A DNA stretch of 64,000 nt. It comes from Raillietiella orientalis (taxonomy: Eukaryota). How positions within the stretch are numbered: position 1 is the first letter of the stretch; each line of letters starts with the position of its first letter. The notes beneath the pieces are model-generated. The model worked only from the letters and a program-made list of their open reading frames with translations. It had not been told where the DNA came from and made no database searches. Below are positions 37,641-50,653 of the stretch, piece by piece. Where the stretch lies: contig JAYWIR010000004.1 of the NCBI GenBank assembly GCA_036172245.1, forward strand, positions 4,464,001-4,528,000, given 5' to 3'. A program made the position numbers and the translations under genes.

Positions 37641-40600
37641 CCTGAACCACCTGAATCACCTGTACATGTACTCAAAAACAGGTTTTTGAATTCACATTTC
37701 TTCCGCGGTGTTGGTAAACCTACATCTTTCCAGGGCGCTCCGGTCTCCTCCCATTGTGAACTCTGGAACATCGGTTCATGGCAGATTTTCCTTTGGCACG
37801 GCGTTGTACATATCAGATTGAAATCTGCCGACTGAAGATGAGGTACTGAATTCTCAAATCACAAGACACTCGCTTATTCCAGATCTCCCAAGAACTCTTT
37901 TCGAGTCGTAGATCTCTTTCCTGAGAGAGTTACGGTTGTCTTGGCATGGGTTCAAAATACTTGCTTACAGGCTTCCAATGCTGTTTCCATGGCAGTGTCC
38001 ATCGTTTCTGACGCTTACCACTGTTTTGACAAAAAGTGAATAAAGTAGTAATTTTTCTTGCGTCCAGATCACTTTAGTTTGCCTGCGATCGGACTTCACA
38101 GGCTGCTCAATGGTTAGGTTCTGGTACATGATCGGATTTTAAGTCTGAGATTCAAATAATTCCAAGTGGAAGCTCTGATAAATTATAAATGGGATGCTGT
38201 AATCATGTTAGGAATTCATATTCGTAAGAGTGAATGTATTCGAAAATCAAGTTAGGTCTGGATGCCACTGGGGGTATTCCTGATGCAAACCTTTTCTTGA
38301 TGCTTTGTGAATAAATAATTGAAGAGCGGTTTTATTAAAATTCGCCATATGCTGTTGAGATCTCGATCGAATTACTCAATTCTAGGAATTAAATAAAGTT
38401 CCTGTTTGTTGAGAGTTATAAAATCATGCGGAATTAATGGAATGTTACCATGTAAGATAACGGAAAGTAGTTCTCAGGTCTTTTTTAGAATGTAACTTCA
38501 ACGTACAAAAGGCTTCTTCTGTGTGCGTCCAGAAAACAAATTGGGTACATCAGACGCTGGAAACATCGAACCAAAATTTCAATTTCTGTGCATTCTCTTT
38601 CCAGTAGCCATTTAATGCTCTGATAAATTTAGAGATAATGCTGAAAGATTCGCTTCATGGAATTCGTATTCACTTCCGTGATCTAATAACAGTTCTTGTT
38701 TTTCTAAAGAAAACATAACTTATACTAAAATTCTTATATCCATAATTTTTTTTTTTACTCACACATTAAATGAAATTCCAGATACCAGCTCCGTTATCAA
38801 GTTGCATTTTTTTGATAATACTTGAGCTTCAATGCCATATCATGTCTAACTATACAACAGATGAAGTTGTATTTTGTCTCAAGTTTTCGTGATACGAGAT
38901 TTTTCTCATTAAGGTTTCACAAACCATTTCGGTAGGCTGAGGTTTTTTTAAAAATCCCTTTCGTCAGAGATCAGCTTCCAAAGTCATTTTCGGATTGCGA
39001 TTAGATGAGCTTATGCAGATTTGGGGGAAAATTTGATAGAACTTGTATCGGTCGAAAATATTCCAGAGCCCTTCACGAACAGCTCCCAGACCCAGTTCCT
39101 ATTGCCGATTTACCATAGTTGTTCAGCCAGTCCCGAAGAAAACATATCACCATCGCGCCTGCAGAATAGTGTTATTCACATGATGTTCTTTAATCAAATT
39201 TAATTTCAAGTAACCAAACATTAAGATCGTTATGCTGAAGTTCACACCTTTAAGGCACCCATGAGATCCCCCAAGATAGCTGAGATTTCACGTTGCAATT
39301 GCTCTACAACTTGTGACATCAATGCATCGGAAGCAAGGATGCCAAATATTTTGGTTTAATCAGCATGAATTTACTTAGACCAATGTGCTCCATTTGAGTT
39401 TTTATCTCAAATTATGGCCCGATTAATCCATATGTATTTTCAAATTCGTTCTTAAGCAAATACTTTCTCTTCTGACTTTGGTTTTGGTTCACTTTGAAAT
39501 AACTCTAACCAAGGATTTTTGCTTCTAATTCGTTCTGTTTTTTTTTTCCCGACATTAAAAAAATGTCCTCAATTTCTTTTCATTTTTCTCTTCAGCTGCT
39601 GCTTTAAACAGCAATTTATCTACTAACAAGTTTAGCGGGTTCCGAATACCTCTTTATTTCAAACATTCTTTTCGATTGCATTGCTGACTTGATAACTCTT
39701 AGGACTTCACTATTCGAATGGAATACTGAACGTCTGTATTATTAAAATTTTCACCTTCAAGGGCGTTGGTAATATCTTGACCCATTTAAGTGTCTTTAGC
39801 AAACTGCTACTACCTAGTGTCGGTAGGTATTGAGGCTTCATCGGAGCAGCACTTTCCATAAGAACCCGGCCTGAGAAAGATACTTGGAGGAGGATTCAAA
39901 GATAGAGAGTATTACAGAGTATTTCATCAGGATGCCGTTGATCAGAGAGCTTGTGATTCAGATGATGAGCTTGTGCTGTTTGAACGAAATACCCTCCCAG
40001 ACTACCGTACTTATTCATGACCACTTATTTCCCATTAATACCACAGCAGGGTTGTGTAATTAATGGAATAAGCTGTAGGAAAATTTGCGATTGACAGTTT
40101 TATATTATCACGCACATTTCAAGGGTGCAAACACATATGCCACCATAGCTAATGTGAGCTGTTTTTCTTCTTGTATTAGTGGCTCGCATCCCCTTTTCAC
40201 CATGCAGTACTAAACATCTTCGTGTTGTTCAGGAGCAGATCTAAGAAAAAAAAAATTCCAAAATATTCTCTTCTGTGATGAATTTATTACAGAGACAAAG
40301 GTATCCCAAGAATCCAAGATCGATAATCACACTATTCCATATGACAAATGGATTTAAAAAACGGATTCGAACTGAATGAAATGGTTGATAATACTCAGAG
40401 AAGGTACAATCTTTTCTTAGGTACCAAGAAATATCGTGTTTCGCTTCAATATCTTTTTCTGGAAATGGAAATAAACAAGAATTATTGTACGAGTAGTGTC
40501 AGTAGATATTGCGAAATTTTGAATGACTGTCATACACATTATGCATGGTACACTTGGGACAAAAGAATTCCATATCATGTACTACTAAATCAAAAAAAAT

Positions 40601-43600
40601 CCTACTGAAGAGGGGCTAACGACAGAGTAAGAAGCACATGAGAAGAGAATGCAGGAAAACTCTGATGGTCTCGGTCGAAGCATCATTGTGCACGTAAAGC
40701 TTTCTGAATGTTTCAATGGAATCATCGGTGTTTCGTTACTATATCAAGAATTTTAATCGAATAATCGCCTAACGATTCATACTAGTGACGAGTGCACCTC
40801 CTACTAGTAACATTCGCGCTACCATTCACTGATTTGAACGAACAATCTACAGCTGCAAAGTTCCAGATGTTTGGAAAATCGGTTAAAAATGCTGAATTAT
40901 ACTAAAAGCCGAGCAATGCTTATAAAAAAAATACATACAAAAATTGCAATTAAAAATTAAAAACATATTCGAAATGCGTGAGAAACAAGACTGGAACACT
41001 TCATGAGTTGCACGAAGTGTGAAAGAACAGAAACGTTAGTGCCAAGATGCTGTCCTCAGTCTACCAATGCAATATGATGCTGTGTTCAAAAATGCCGATT
41101 AATCTCGAGAAGATATGGAGAATGTTTATCTTGATTTGCGTATCTTTCCAAACTATGAGAGACGCAATGTCTGTTATCAAAATACCACAGTTGGTATTTT
41201 TCACACTTAAGAGAAAAACTTCCTTGTTGCCTTCCTGATTCCAGCTACTTCCATTGACGATATTTCATTCGATCTTGCTAGGAATCAGTAATCATGCGTG
41301 AAAAGTAAGACTTCTGAAAATATACACATAGCATCTTGGATTCTGGAACCGATGCATTCGTGCAAGCCACTTTCCACTTCTTCCCGCATACTACTATCTG
41401 AGCTACAAAGATAGTCAAAGAGAGTACATGACGTATGGTTAAATAAGGAGCGTCCGTGAATTTCAGGTACCGCATCTCCGCAGCGCTGATGAAATTATTG
41501 TTTATAAAATTATAGAAATGTTATTTAACTGAATCGCATAGCACGATGGAGATGTTCTCTACAGTTAAAATGACCCTCTTTTAAGCTACTGGGTTAGCAT
41601 GAAGGAACAGGGAGAAGAAATCAAAGATACCTACCACATTGCTTATGAACGCAACTGTTCGATTCTACAACGAAAATGGAGGATGGAACGCGTATCCATT
41701 TCAGTTCGGGTATTTCACTGATTGCCTTGTCAAAGGAATGAATGCGAGAGCAAAGCTTTCATGAAGTCGAACCAACGACTGCATGGGAGGCTTCGCACAG
41801 ACTACGAGACAGCGTAGGAGTGACCACGCAGAAGCCGTTTGCCAGCGTATCACGAACGTCAAACTGTCGTGACAAAACCATGTGTTGATGACGCAATCGG
41901 GATCAAGATGAACGCTCTAGTTAACAGAATGATCGTGTGTGGGAGAACCGAGGTCTCAAACCGCATTTCATGGAATACTGACAAGGCATCAGAGCGTGCT
42001 TGCTGATGCAGTGAATGACTGTGCAAGGGACATCGAGAGATCAGATAAACTATTTGCAGTGAGTTCTTTACCTGGAAAATTCGTCTTTCATCGAGAACAA
42101 AGGTTGCATTCCAGAATGCCTTCTTCCCAACGAAGACCAATGAGTTCCTGGGATGCGAAGGAAAACATGACGAGGAACCCTCCACCCAACTATCCAACCA
42201 ATCATCATGTATGAAATCTAAAGAATAATGATTATCTTAATAGATTAGTCTCAATGAAATGAATTTCTCGTAATGCATAATTAGATGTTTGATATTTGGA
42301 GGGAGGACTGTTTTATTCATGAAAATCGCTTGTGGCATTGCGCGAAAATAAACGTGCGAAGAAAGTTCGGCTTTCGTAAGGAATTCGTGATTGATTTTCG
42401 AAGGAGGTGGCATCAGAGAATCGAATTAAAACGGCTGCTCCTCATTCACCTGTTCCGAAAATGGAATAGAGGTTGTTATGTACAGATAAATAGCAGCTAC
42501 ATGATAACTATGGATCGTTCAGATAGCGTGAGTTGTTTCTTTTAGGAAAAAGAATACAAACGAACACAACAAAGAGATCAAGTGCTGAAGAGCGAATAAG
42601 AACAGCAGCTGTTTAGCATCAAATTCCAGATAACTGCTTTTCTTACAATATTTCCTTTTGTTTAAAGCACGCAGTCTTTCACATCCTTCAAATGACTGCG
42701 CGCTTCATTGCCAGGAAACAGTTGGCATGCAGTCACCCTCCTCCTTCCATGCAGCTTTCAGTTAAGTAACACGTCCTTGTATACACCGTACGCTGAGCCA
42801 GACTTCCTTGCTTTGCTTAATTTTGCTAACTGGAAAACTTTGTAATTGCAGACACAAATGCACAGCATCCCAGAGTCAGGTTTGCACCACACCCAGTGAT
42901 GAGCCCATGTCTCACAAACGCAGGTTCGTGGTGTAAATGCAACATGTTGGATATCGTATTTAATCCACATTGGTGATTCGCATTCGTTGCCTAGTAAACA
43001 CCTGCCACCTCAATACGCATTCAGTGTTTTTATTTTATACCAGTGTATGTCTAAAGTTCCAAAGGTATACTGAATCGTCACTACTGTACTCTATCTAACC
43101 CAGACAGATAGACGCCACTTTGCAAAGAAAGCAGATTCAAAATCTAAGAGATTCTAGAAAGATTGTAGATTTCAGAATGCGGTTCTTCCATTGAAATAAT
43201 TCTTTTTCGTTTTTCTTTTCTGCCGAGGTTCAGCACAACGCCACCGACCTACTACCTAGGATGGAAGTCAAGTATTCATTCGCTTTTGGTCATTATTCGA
43301 ATGAGTACCGTGATGACTGGCGTTTGCTTTTGATTGCAGAAATGAAAAACATGTGGGTAGATCATCGATTCGCTCCGCCTGGAGGTGGAAAGATCCTTAT
43401 GGAAGCTAAGCATGTTCTTGTTTTTAAAGTGCTAAACGTTAAATGCAAGTTTCTGAAAGAATTTGTGTGCGTATCAAGTAAGTTTGAATTTGAATGGAGC
43501 TCCACGGTTAAAAGCAATGAATACTAAAGATGGCCATAACCAAGGTCCATGGGAGCAATGGCTGGGGGGCATTTTTGGTCGCTGTGCGGACTTCACAATG

Positions 43601-45639
43601 CAGAACGAGTGTAAATAGAGCTCGGAGGTTTGGTGCACTTGTCGAACGAAAGACTCTGCAATTTCCTCGAAATGTTCTCTTGGAACGATAGGACAAATCG
43701 AAAATAAACCAATTCAGCCTACTTTTTGAATTAGGTGCTTTGAGGATTTTCTTTATTTATTTTGCAGAGTTACCAATAAGATCAAAACACACAAGAAAAG
43801 GAATTCTTCATTGGACACTTTTTCAAGAAGCTATTAAGCGAATACAAACAGCATCATCTTTGGAGGAGAATAAACGCTGCCGCATCTGGATATCTAAAAA
43901 CAAGTAAGCATTCTATTTGCAAGAGCACATTACTTCCAAGCAATCCCCGAATTGAAAAGGGATCAGGCCATGCAGTAAGGATAGTATGCAGTTGCTTAGT
44001 GAGGCAGTTTTAGTTTCCAAGATCGTCGAAGATTTGACTCCCTGCACACTTGTGCCTGCTGCTTTAAGTAAATAATTAGCGTTTCCCAGAATTATAAAGA
44101 CTTGAATTTCATCCATCATAAAAGCAAGACACCCTCTGATTAGAAAAGTCTGTTAATGAAGACACCTTTGAAAGTTCCATCCCGCAGATCATACCTAGAG
44201 TAGAATCGTTTTCCGGATTCCCTCCTGTATCTATCAATTAGAGCAACGTAATGTACCAAGGTGTACAAAGTACTTACCAGGGTAGATCAGTGATCTTTAT
44301 GATCTCTGATTTCAATAAAGCTGAAGCCGATTGGCATGATTTCGCCGCAGGAGAGTGCCTGGAGTCCTTAATGAACCACATGCAATTCCAAAGTGGAAAC
44401 AAATAATCCTAGTTTATTTGGATTTGATCTTCGATGCATAGATTCTGACGGATTGTGAAAGGAGTACTGTTTTTGTTGCCTGGATGTCCGTGTCTGAATA
44501 TTAGCAACTTTTGCCTCATATCACTGGCTCCCTTAGGGGAAAAAGGCATCGCAGCTTTATTCCATGTGAACGAAATTTTGCAAAAGGCACCACCCAAATA
44601 TCTTCAAAGAAAGCTCTGCAGAGTTTGCCAAGCACCTAGCCTACGCATTAACCACCATTTTCATTAATCGTCCGGTCGTGTTTTGGATCAGTCCTCCATG
44701 GCTAGATTCAGACTGTTCAAGAATCGTATGAAACTGTGATTTGCAAACATAAAAGTCCCTAAAGGTGGAAAGCTTTGCCTGGCAAATTCCTTCATCGTCA
44801 TGGAAAACATTCATTTACTGAGTTACCGACTTTGAGGTCACTGAGCTGATAGTTTCGAATATTTCCAAATTTTGCATGTAGTCCACGGTCAAAAATAAGA
44901 ATGTTTTAGTACTTTCAAGTTTTGCATCGAACTCCACATGAAAATTCTTCTATGGCACCCCATAACCAATGTTCGGCAGAAACGTTTGCCACGAAGCAGA
45001 AACCTGAGAACCTCGAATCTTAAAAGGAAACAAGAGATAACAAAAGTAGTGAGAAGAAATTTTTCAATGAAGAAAGAACCTGCATTTCTAATGCAATAAT
45101 TTTCTTCAAAAGTTCGACGCACTCGGCTACTAGGAAATCATTCCACATATGGTTGGAATGGGAATTCGTACGATCGCAGTATCAACTCAACGAAAGCATG
45201 AAATGCGTCTTCTGAATGATGGCAGAAATCATTGTCCACTTACTGGATCAGCTGTGAACTTGAAATCGTGGAATGTTGAACGTTTACATGGAAGTGGAAG
45301 CAGTAACTACATTTAAAGCGTTACCATCCTATGATGAATGCTCGAAGAATATAGAAGAAGCACTCAAGGATTTACAACCGAGGGCCCACTTACTAAGGGC
45401 TTTGCACGAAGGGGTATGGTTTGTATTATCGCGTATTTCATCCTTGCTTTCTTTCAAGCCGTCATTCTGCTTCCATTGGCAAATAATGTCTTGAAAAAAT
45501 TCTTCTACTTTAAACCTTGATAACTGGAAAGCACTCCGTTGTGCCTTTTCAAAGCCGAAGACGGTTGTTCCTGACTCCAGCACATGGGGCGAAAATCTTT
45601 GTTCATTGGTAACTTTCCAGTAAAAATAACAAACGTACT

Positions 45640-45915
45640 TGAATTTGCAATAATTTTATTCATTCTATCAGAAATCCTTTAATTTTTCGCCTTATTTTGA
45701 TCATTCTTCCATGTCAGATTGAGAGCCGGTCCACAATTCAGTGGACCTTCCTCTAACACCTCCATACCCCTTATCACTACCTACCAGTCCATAAAATCCT
45801 ATACCCAACAACTTTAACCCATCACTTACAGGCTGTACTACCATTATTCCCATGTTATTTGTCCCTTCCCACCATTTCAATCTTCTTAAAATGCTACGCA
45901 CAAAGCTACGCAAGT
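45640..45915. pseudogene. Small chimeric NUMT: COX3 fragment (+) joined to an ND1 fragment (-)
   Basis: Plus strand EFAMILFILSEIL*FFALFWSFFH; minus strand RSIL..VVQPVSDGLKLL. Confidence 0.8.
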
Positions 45916-45929
45916 CTCACTGGAGACAG

Positions 45930-46560
45930 AACTAAAAAGGGGGTGGAGGAACGGGAGGGAAGGTCAAAAATAAAACAAATACAAATAGGGTGTGCAAGCT
46001 CATGGTACTCAACACGATTTCTGAGGTCTTGAATCGTAAAAGGAACGGAACGGGGGTGGGAATGGTAGATGGAATATGTCCACTGGTTGCGAGTTAGCCA
46101 TTTCTCTTGAACTTGGAGTCCCTGGTCGAGCCCATTTCAGCGCTCTTCGTGTACAGGCAATAGCTGCTGCGAACGGCTCTCCGAGATGAAGGCCACACCC
46201 CATCTCTCACGAGGCAGTGGATCTTCAGAGTTGAGGTGAACTCAAGCGAGAAACCAACCTCAAGCTCAGTATTAGGGTACTGAAGTGACCCTGAGATGTG
46301 TTTCGACCCTGCTGCCACAGTTTAGCGCCTTCCAGCGGCACCTGCGAAAGACTCGCTTTTCCTCAATGGACACATTCCTTGGGAATCCTCCCTGCTAAGG
46401 GGTGATGGCGTTTTCATTTCGGAAGAGAACCCTCAGCATGATGGCAGTGTGACGGCAGCGAAAGAAGAAGACCGAAGCGTCTATTAGAAAAGCTTGAGAT
46501 CCCAAGAAGGATTTTCCCAAGGAAATCAGCAGTGAGGTCAGCACTTTAGAAGCGTTCCTT
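45930..46560 (-). mobile_element. Decayed L1/Tx1-like 3' fragment
   Basis: AAAIACTRRALKWAR resembles VATVCCTRAIDKAHR of the 34-kb copy; followed by a T/C-rich 3'UTR-like tract. Confidence 0.45.
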
Positions 46561-49500
46561 CGGGGAAATAAAAGTGCCTTCGAATGAGATCGACGAGATT
46601 ACTTCCAAGAATGCCTCTTCATCTGCTTCGTTTATCGGCGGAAGAAGCAACACGAATGGGTTCCAAGGTGGATCCGTACAGCTCTTTCCTCGTGGTTACA
46701 TTGAAACTGCGGCGGGAACAAACCGTCTGAAGTTCGAATCCTGCAAGTTCGGAGGAGGAATTGTCTACAAGGATCGATTGTTCCAAAGACCTGTGTGCGG
46801 GTAGACGTTTGCAAAATTTGAGTAGTTTGGTCGGCTGGACACCGCGGACTTGGTCTTCAGCTGCTCCAGTGTGATTTCCGAGAAAAGGAAGTAAAGAAAG
46901 AAAGAAAAAGACACATGCAAGAGAGAGACATGCAAACGTAATGAGGAGGTGAATTTCAGGAAAGGAGAAGACAAGCAGAATCCAGAACGGAAGTGCAAAA
47001 ACAAAACGAACAGCCAAGAACGCTTCTCAGCATCGGATCAGTGAATGTGTAAGCTTACTGTTTGGCATTCAAAGTCTTCTTAAAATACAGTAGAAAACAA
47101 CCATATAGGACTGCTTCCATCGAGAGAAGTTGCTTCCCCTGTCTGGCATCCGGAGTCTCAAACAAACGGGTTTTCCAAGCAGGCTTCTATCATCCTTCAT
47201 TTCACATCAGTTTTTCGGAAAATGACCATGGAACTTTCAATGGATGTGGAAGTCCACAGGAACGATCTGAAATCGCTTTCATGGGAGAAGGAAATCGCTT
47301 TTTGATGTTGGCATGATAGCTTTGTCCCTCTTCTCCAGAATTACAATTACTATATCCTTGTTTTACTGCTGTTTTTAAATTGGTTTTATTAATTTTCCTC
47401 AATTTCTGGATGAAAAGATGAGCAGTTGATTTGTAAAGCTTCTTTGTGAAGAAATCCCTTCATAGTTAGTCAAGATGAGAAGACAACTACAAGCTGGAGA
47501 CAAGTTGATGTTTTTGATCAAGCTGGTGTTTGTACTCGTTGATTTACTTCCCCCGTCACAAAAAGAATTCATTCAGTGAAGCAGAGTTCACCAATACACG
47601 AGGTGGTCGTACCTCAAGTCTGAATGGTCATCTGGTTGACATTCGAAGCTAGATAATGTTTCTCAATGTTCACCTTAATTGCTACGTACAGACTGTCAAC
47701 ATGAGTACGATTGGAACATGTTAAAAACTTCAAACTAGATACTTATGATGAACAAATCATTCAAGTTATCAATCAGTGCTTATGCAACTTCTAAGTGTTC
47801 CTTGACCCTCTTGTGCTAATGCTGGCGCATCTACTTTTTGATTTATCCTTGCCATCTTTCCCAGTATAGAGTGATCCATATCATTAATATCTGAAACGCT
47901 GATTCGAGTGCACTGTGAAAGATCTTTTATTCATTTCATTGGTTCACCATGAAGCAATCGTTTTCTGGACTGGAATTTTCTACTTTTTACAAAGCCTTTT
48001 AAGGACTCCTTTTTCAAGCCTTCAATCTTATTTGCTTCTCCTGTTCCCTTATTTACTCCACCTGAAGCTTTATCCATCATGCAAATACATGAAAAATCCT
48101 TCAGTTCTTCCTCTCCAGATTATCGCTATTAAAGAAACCTTTAATAACCAATCGCTGTCATGCATGCCCAACGATGGACTGATACTTGCCAGCCTCAGGT
48201 GTAATTGCAGATAATTTTTCCGAGTGGAAATTGGTGGGTTCAGGAGAGAAGGGTCATGCTTACATTTAAGTTTTGTCTGATGTCTGATTGATACCTTCGC
48301 CGAGGCTTGGCGATTTCCGACATAATGGCTATGACTCAACTTTTTAAAAATCTGTTACAACGAGGGAACCTCTTGAATTTGAGCATTTGTCACTTGCATT
48401 CTTATTTGCACACTTAAGAAACTGGTGAATTCATTTCTAAAGAATCTGAAGTGTCATCAGTTACATCCCAGAACTTTTTTAAATACCTTAACAGGAGCAG
48501 TACATCATTCTTCCACTCAAGTTCGATATGCATGATGCTGTTTCCAGTATGGGTACGAACTATGCGAAGAGGCGTTTTTGTAAATTCAATACTGTCAATT
48601 CAAGATTTGATTTCATCAATTCTCATTCTTCCATATCATTCTAAAACACTATCTATACTGTCGTGTCCTGATGGAGCATGTTTTATGCCTTCATCATGTT
48701 TCGTGCTGTGTGAGACACTCAAATCTCAGGGTCGTCCAAGAAGCTCGAGAATGTCTCCTCAGACATAAGTAAACACGTTGGAAAATTTAATGACACTCCG
48801 TCGTTGAACTCGTTTGCACATCTTGATAATATCCCGCATTCCAAAAATGGTAATTGCATTCCTGTTTTTCCATAGAAAGAACTTTCTTCGCTATCAAGAA
48901 CAAACCACTTTATTCTTGCCTTAAACATCGCAAAGATCATTTCTCCAATGATTCTGCAGTTATGGTTTCAGCAGATTCAATCAGCTAGTTGTTTAATTCT
49001 TGCATTTTTACATCCAAAATGGTCTGTCTATCCTCCCCATTACTGACTGATGCATGTCAAAGAATTGCCTTTTAAGTGAGCGATTATCGGATTTTACTGC
49101 CTTTCAATAGCTTTGCTGAGAGTCAATGCCTTCCTCAAAAGATCTCATTACTCAATCATCATTACTTAATCGATGATTGATTTAGAGAAACACAAGAAGC
49201 ATTTTACTTCACTCCACATGTTAATCCGTACGATATACTAAATTTCCAATATTTTGTTTTGTAAAGAATGAATTTTTAGAGTTCAAGTTTCAAAGCTAAG
49301 GAAAGCTGAAGCTTCTGAGCGGCATTCTGTTCTATATTTATTCGATTTGTGCCCCTTGTGTGTGAGTTTTTAAATGAAAAAGCAGCCAAAATACAACCCT
49401 GAAAATCACTTAAAGAAGTTGCTAAAAGAAGTGTTTTATTGTACACGATTGTACACTTAGCAGTCTGGACTTATGAACAACGAAATCCGCAACTTGATCA

Positions 49501-50551
49501 TGTGTTCACCCCTGGCATGCTCACTATGGAAAATACTGCAAACACCATTTCCAGAACTAATTTCGAAACTCATATGTCTATGAAACCTAGGGAAACTACA
49601 CATCTTTTATGACTTATGAATTATAAGTCTAGAACGAGGCAGCATTATATGCATCTGTGTGTAACTGCGAACCAATGGCACAGCAGATGCCACTGGTGGC
49701 TGATGTTATTCTCGAAGTCATCATTGCTTCTGTATGTACTCTATTCGGGAATTTTCATGGTATTCATATTAAAGTTGAGAATAGCTGAGAATCCCATCAT
49801 TATTCCAAACAGGAAACTGAATCTCAACTCAAGGGAAATTTGAGTGGGAATGTGAATACTCCCTTCGTTGCAGGCTTTGAATTTTATCAGTTTTGGTAAG
49901 GAAACAGTAAGCAATTGAAAGTAATGATGAAATATTCTGAAAGAACCAATCCATACCCATTCAAAGAAGCTTCTGAGTGGCATTTGCACATCGGGATCGG
50001 CAGTTCAAAGGTAAATTATAGTATAGCTTGCATTAGCATGGATGATCTAGATGGGCAATAGATTATATCTGCAACACAGATACATCATCATGAAATTCGA
50101 GTGACCACATGAAAGAAACATTCTACAAAGTATCTCGATTCTAAAAGCATTTAAAAGTAAAAATGCTTCTGTTTACCCATGAATTCTACTTTATTCGGAA
50201 TCTAAGTAGCTGTTCCTGCTTTCTAAGTTCGATTTTAACTCATTTTCATAGTCGAATCTCGAGCTGTTCGTTCCATGGTCATTTTTCGATAAACAGTTAC
50301 TACGAAGTTACTCTGCTAGTGCTCCCAAAGAACATTTCTACAAGATGCTTATTAGAATCTCTTCTGATTCATATGAAACTTCAAGTTTGGGAACGGATGA
50401 TGAATTAGAAAAATGGTATTATCTCGGTATCTTGCATTTTTTTTAAATCGGTTGTTCTGTCACTACTATTCAGTGTTCAATAATTTTTGTTTTTCCTTTC
50501 TTCCCCCTTTCGTCCTCCCTTCCTCCTCCTTTCCTCCCTCCTTCTCCTCCT

Positions 50552-50653
50552 TTCCTCCTCGTCATGGAAGAAGTTGTTTACTACCAAAGACTGAGGCGAG
50601 AAGTTGACGTTTGCCTTCAGACCTTCCTCCTTTTGTAGCAGCAAACAGCTGTG
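50552..50653. repeat. ~100-bp direct repeat, left copy
   Basis: Matches 56241-56341 with 5 substitutions and 1 indel by manual alignment. Confidence 0.9.

Noticed and set aside
38400..39300. Possible transposase remnant on the minus strand
   Set aside because: No reliable motif or termini.
43500..45590. Possible decayed P-loop NTPase/helicase on the minus strand (HGHPGNKNS, MMDEIQ)
   Set aside because: Walker-like motifs are degenerate and in separate short frames; not supportable without a profile search.
47900..50100. Possible DNA-transposase remnant (HARGEH-like motif on minus strand)
   Set aside because: Single weak motif; no TIRs or TSD found.
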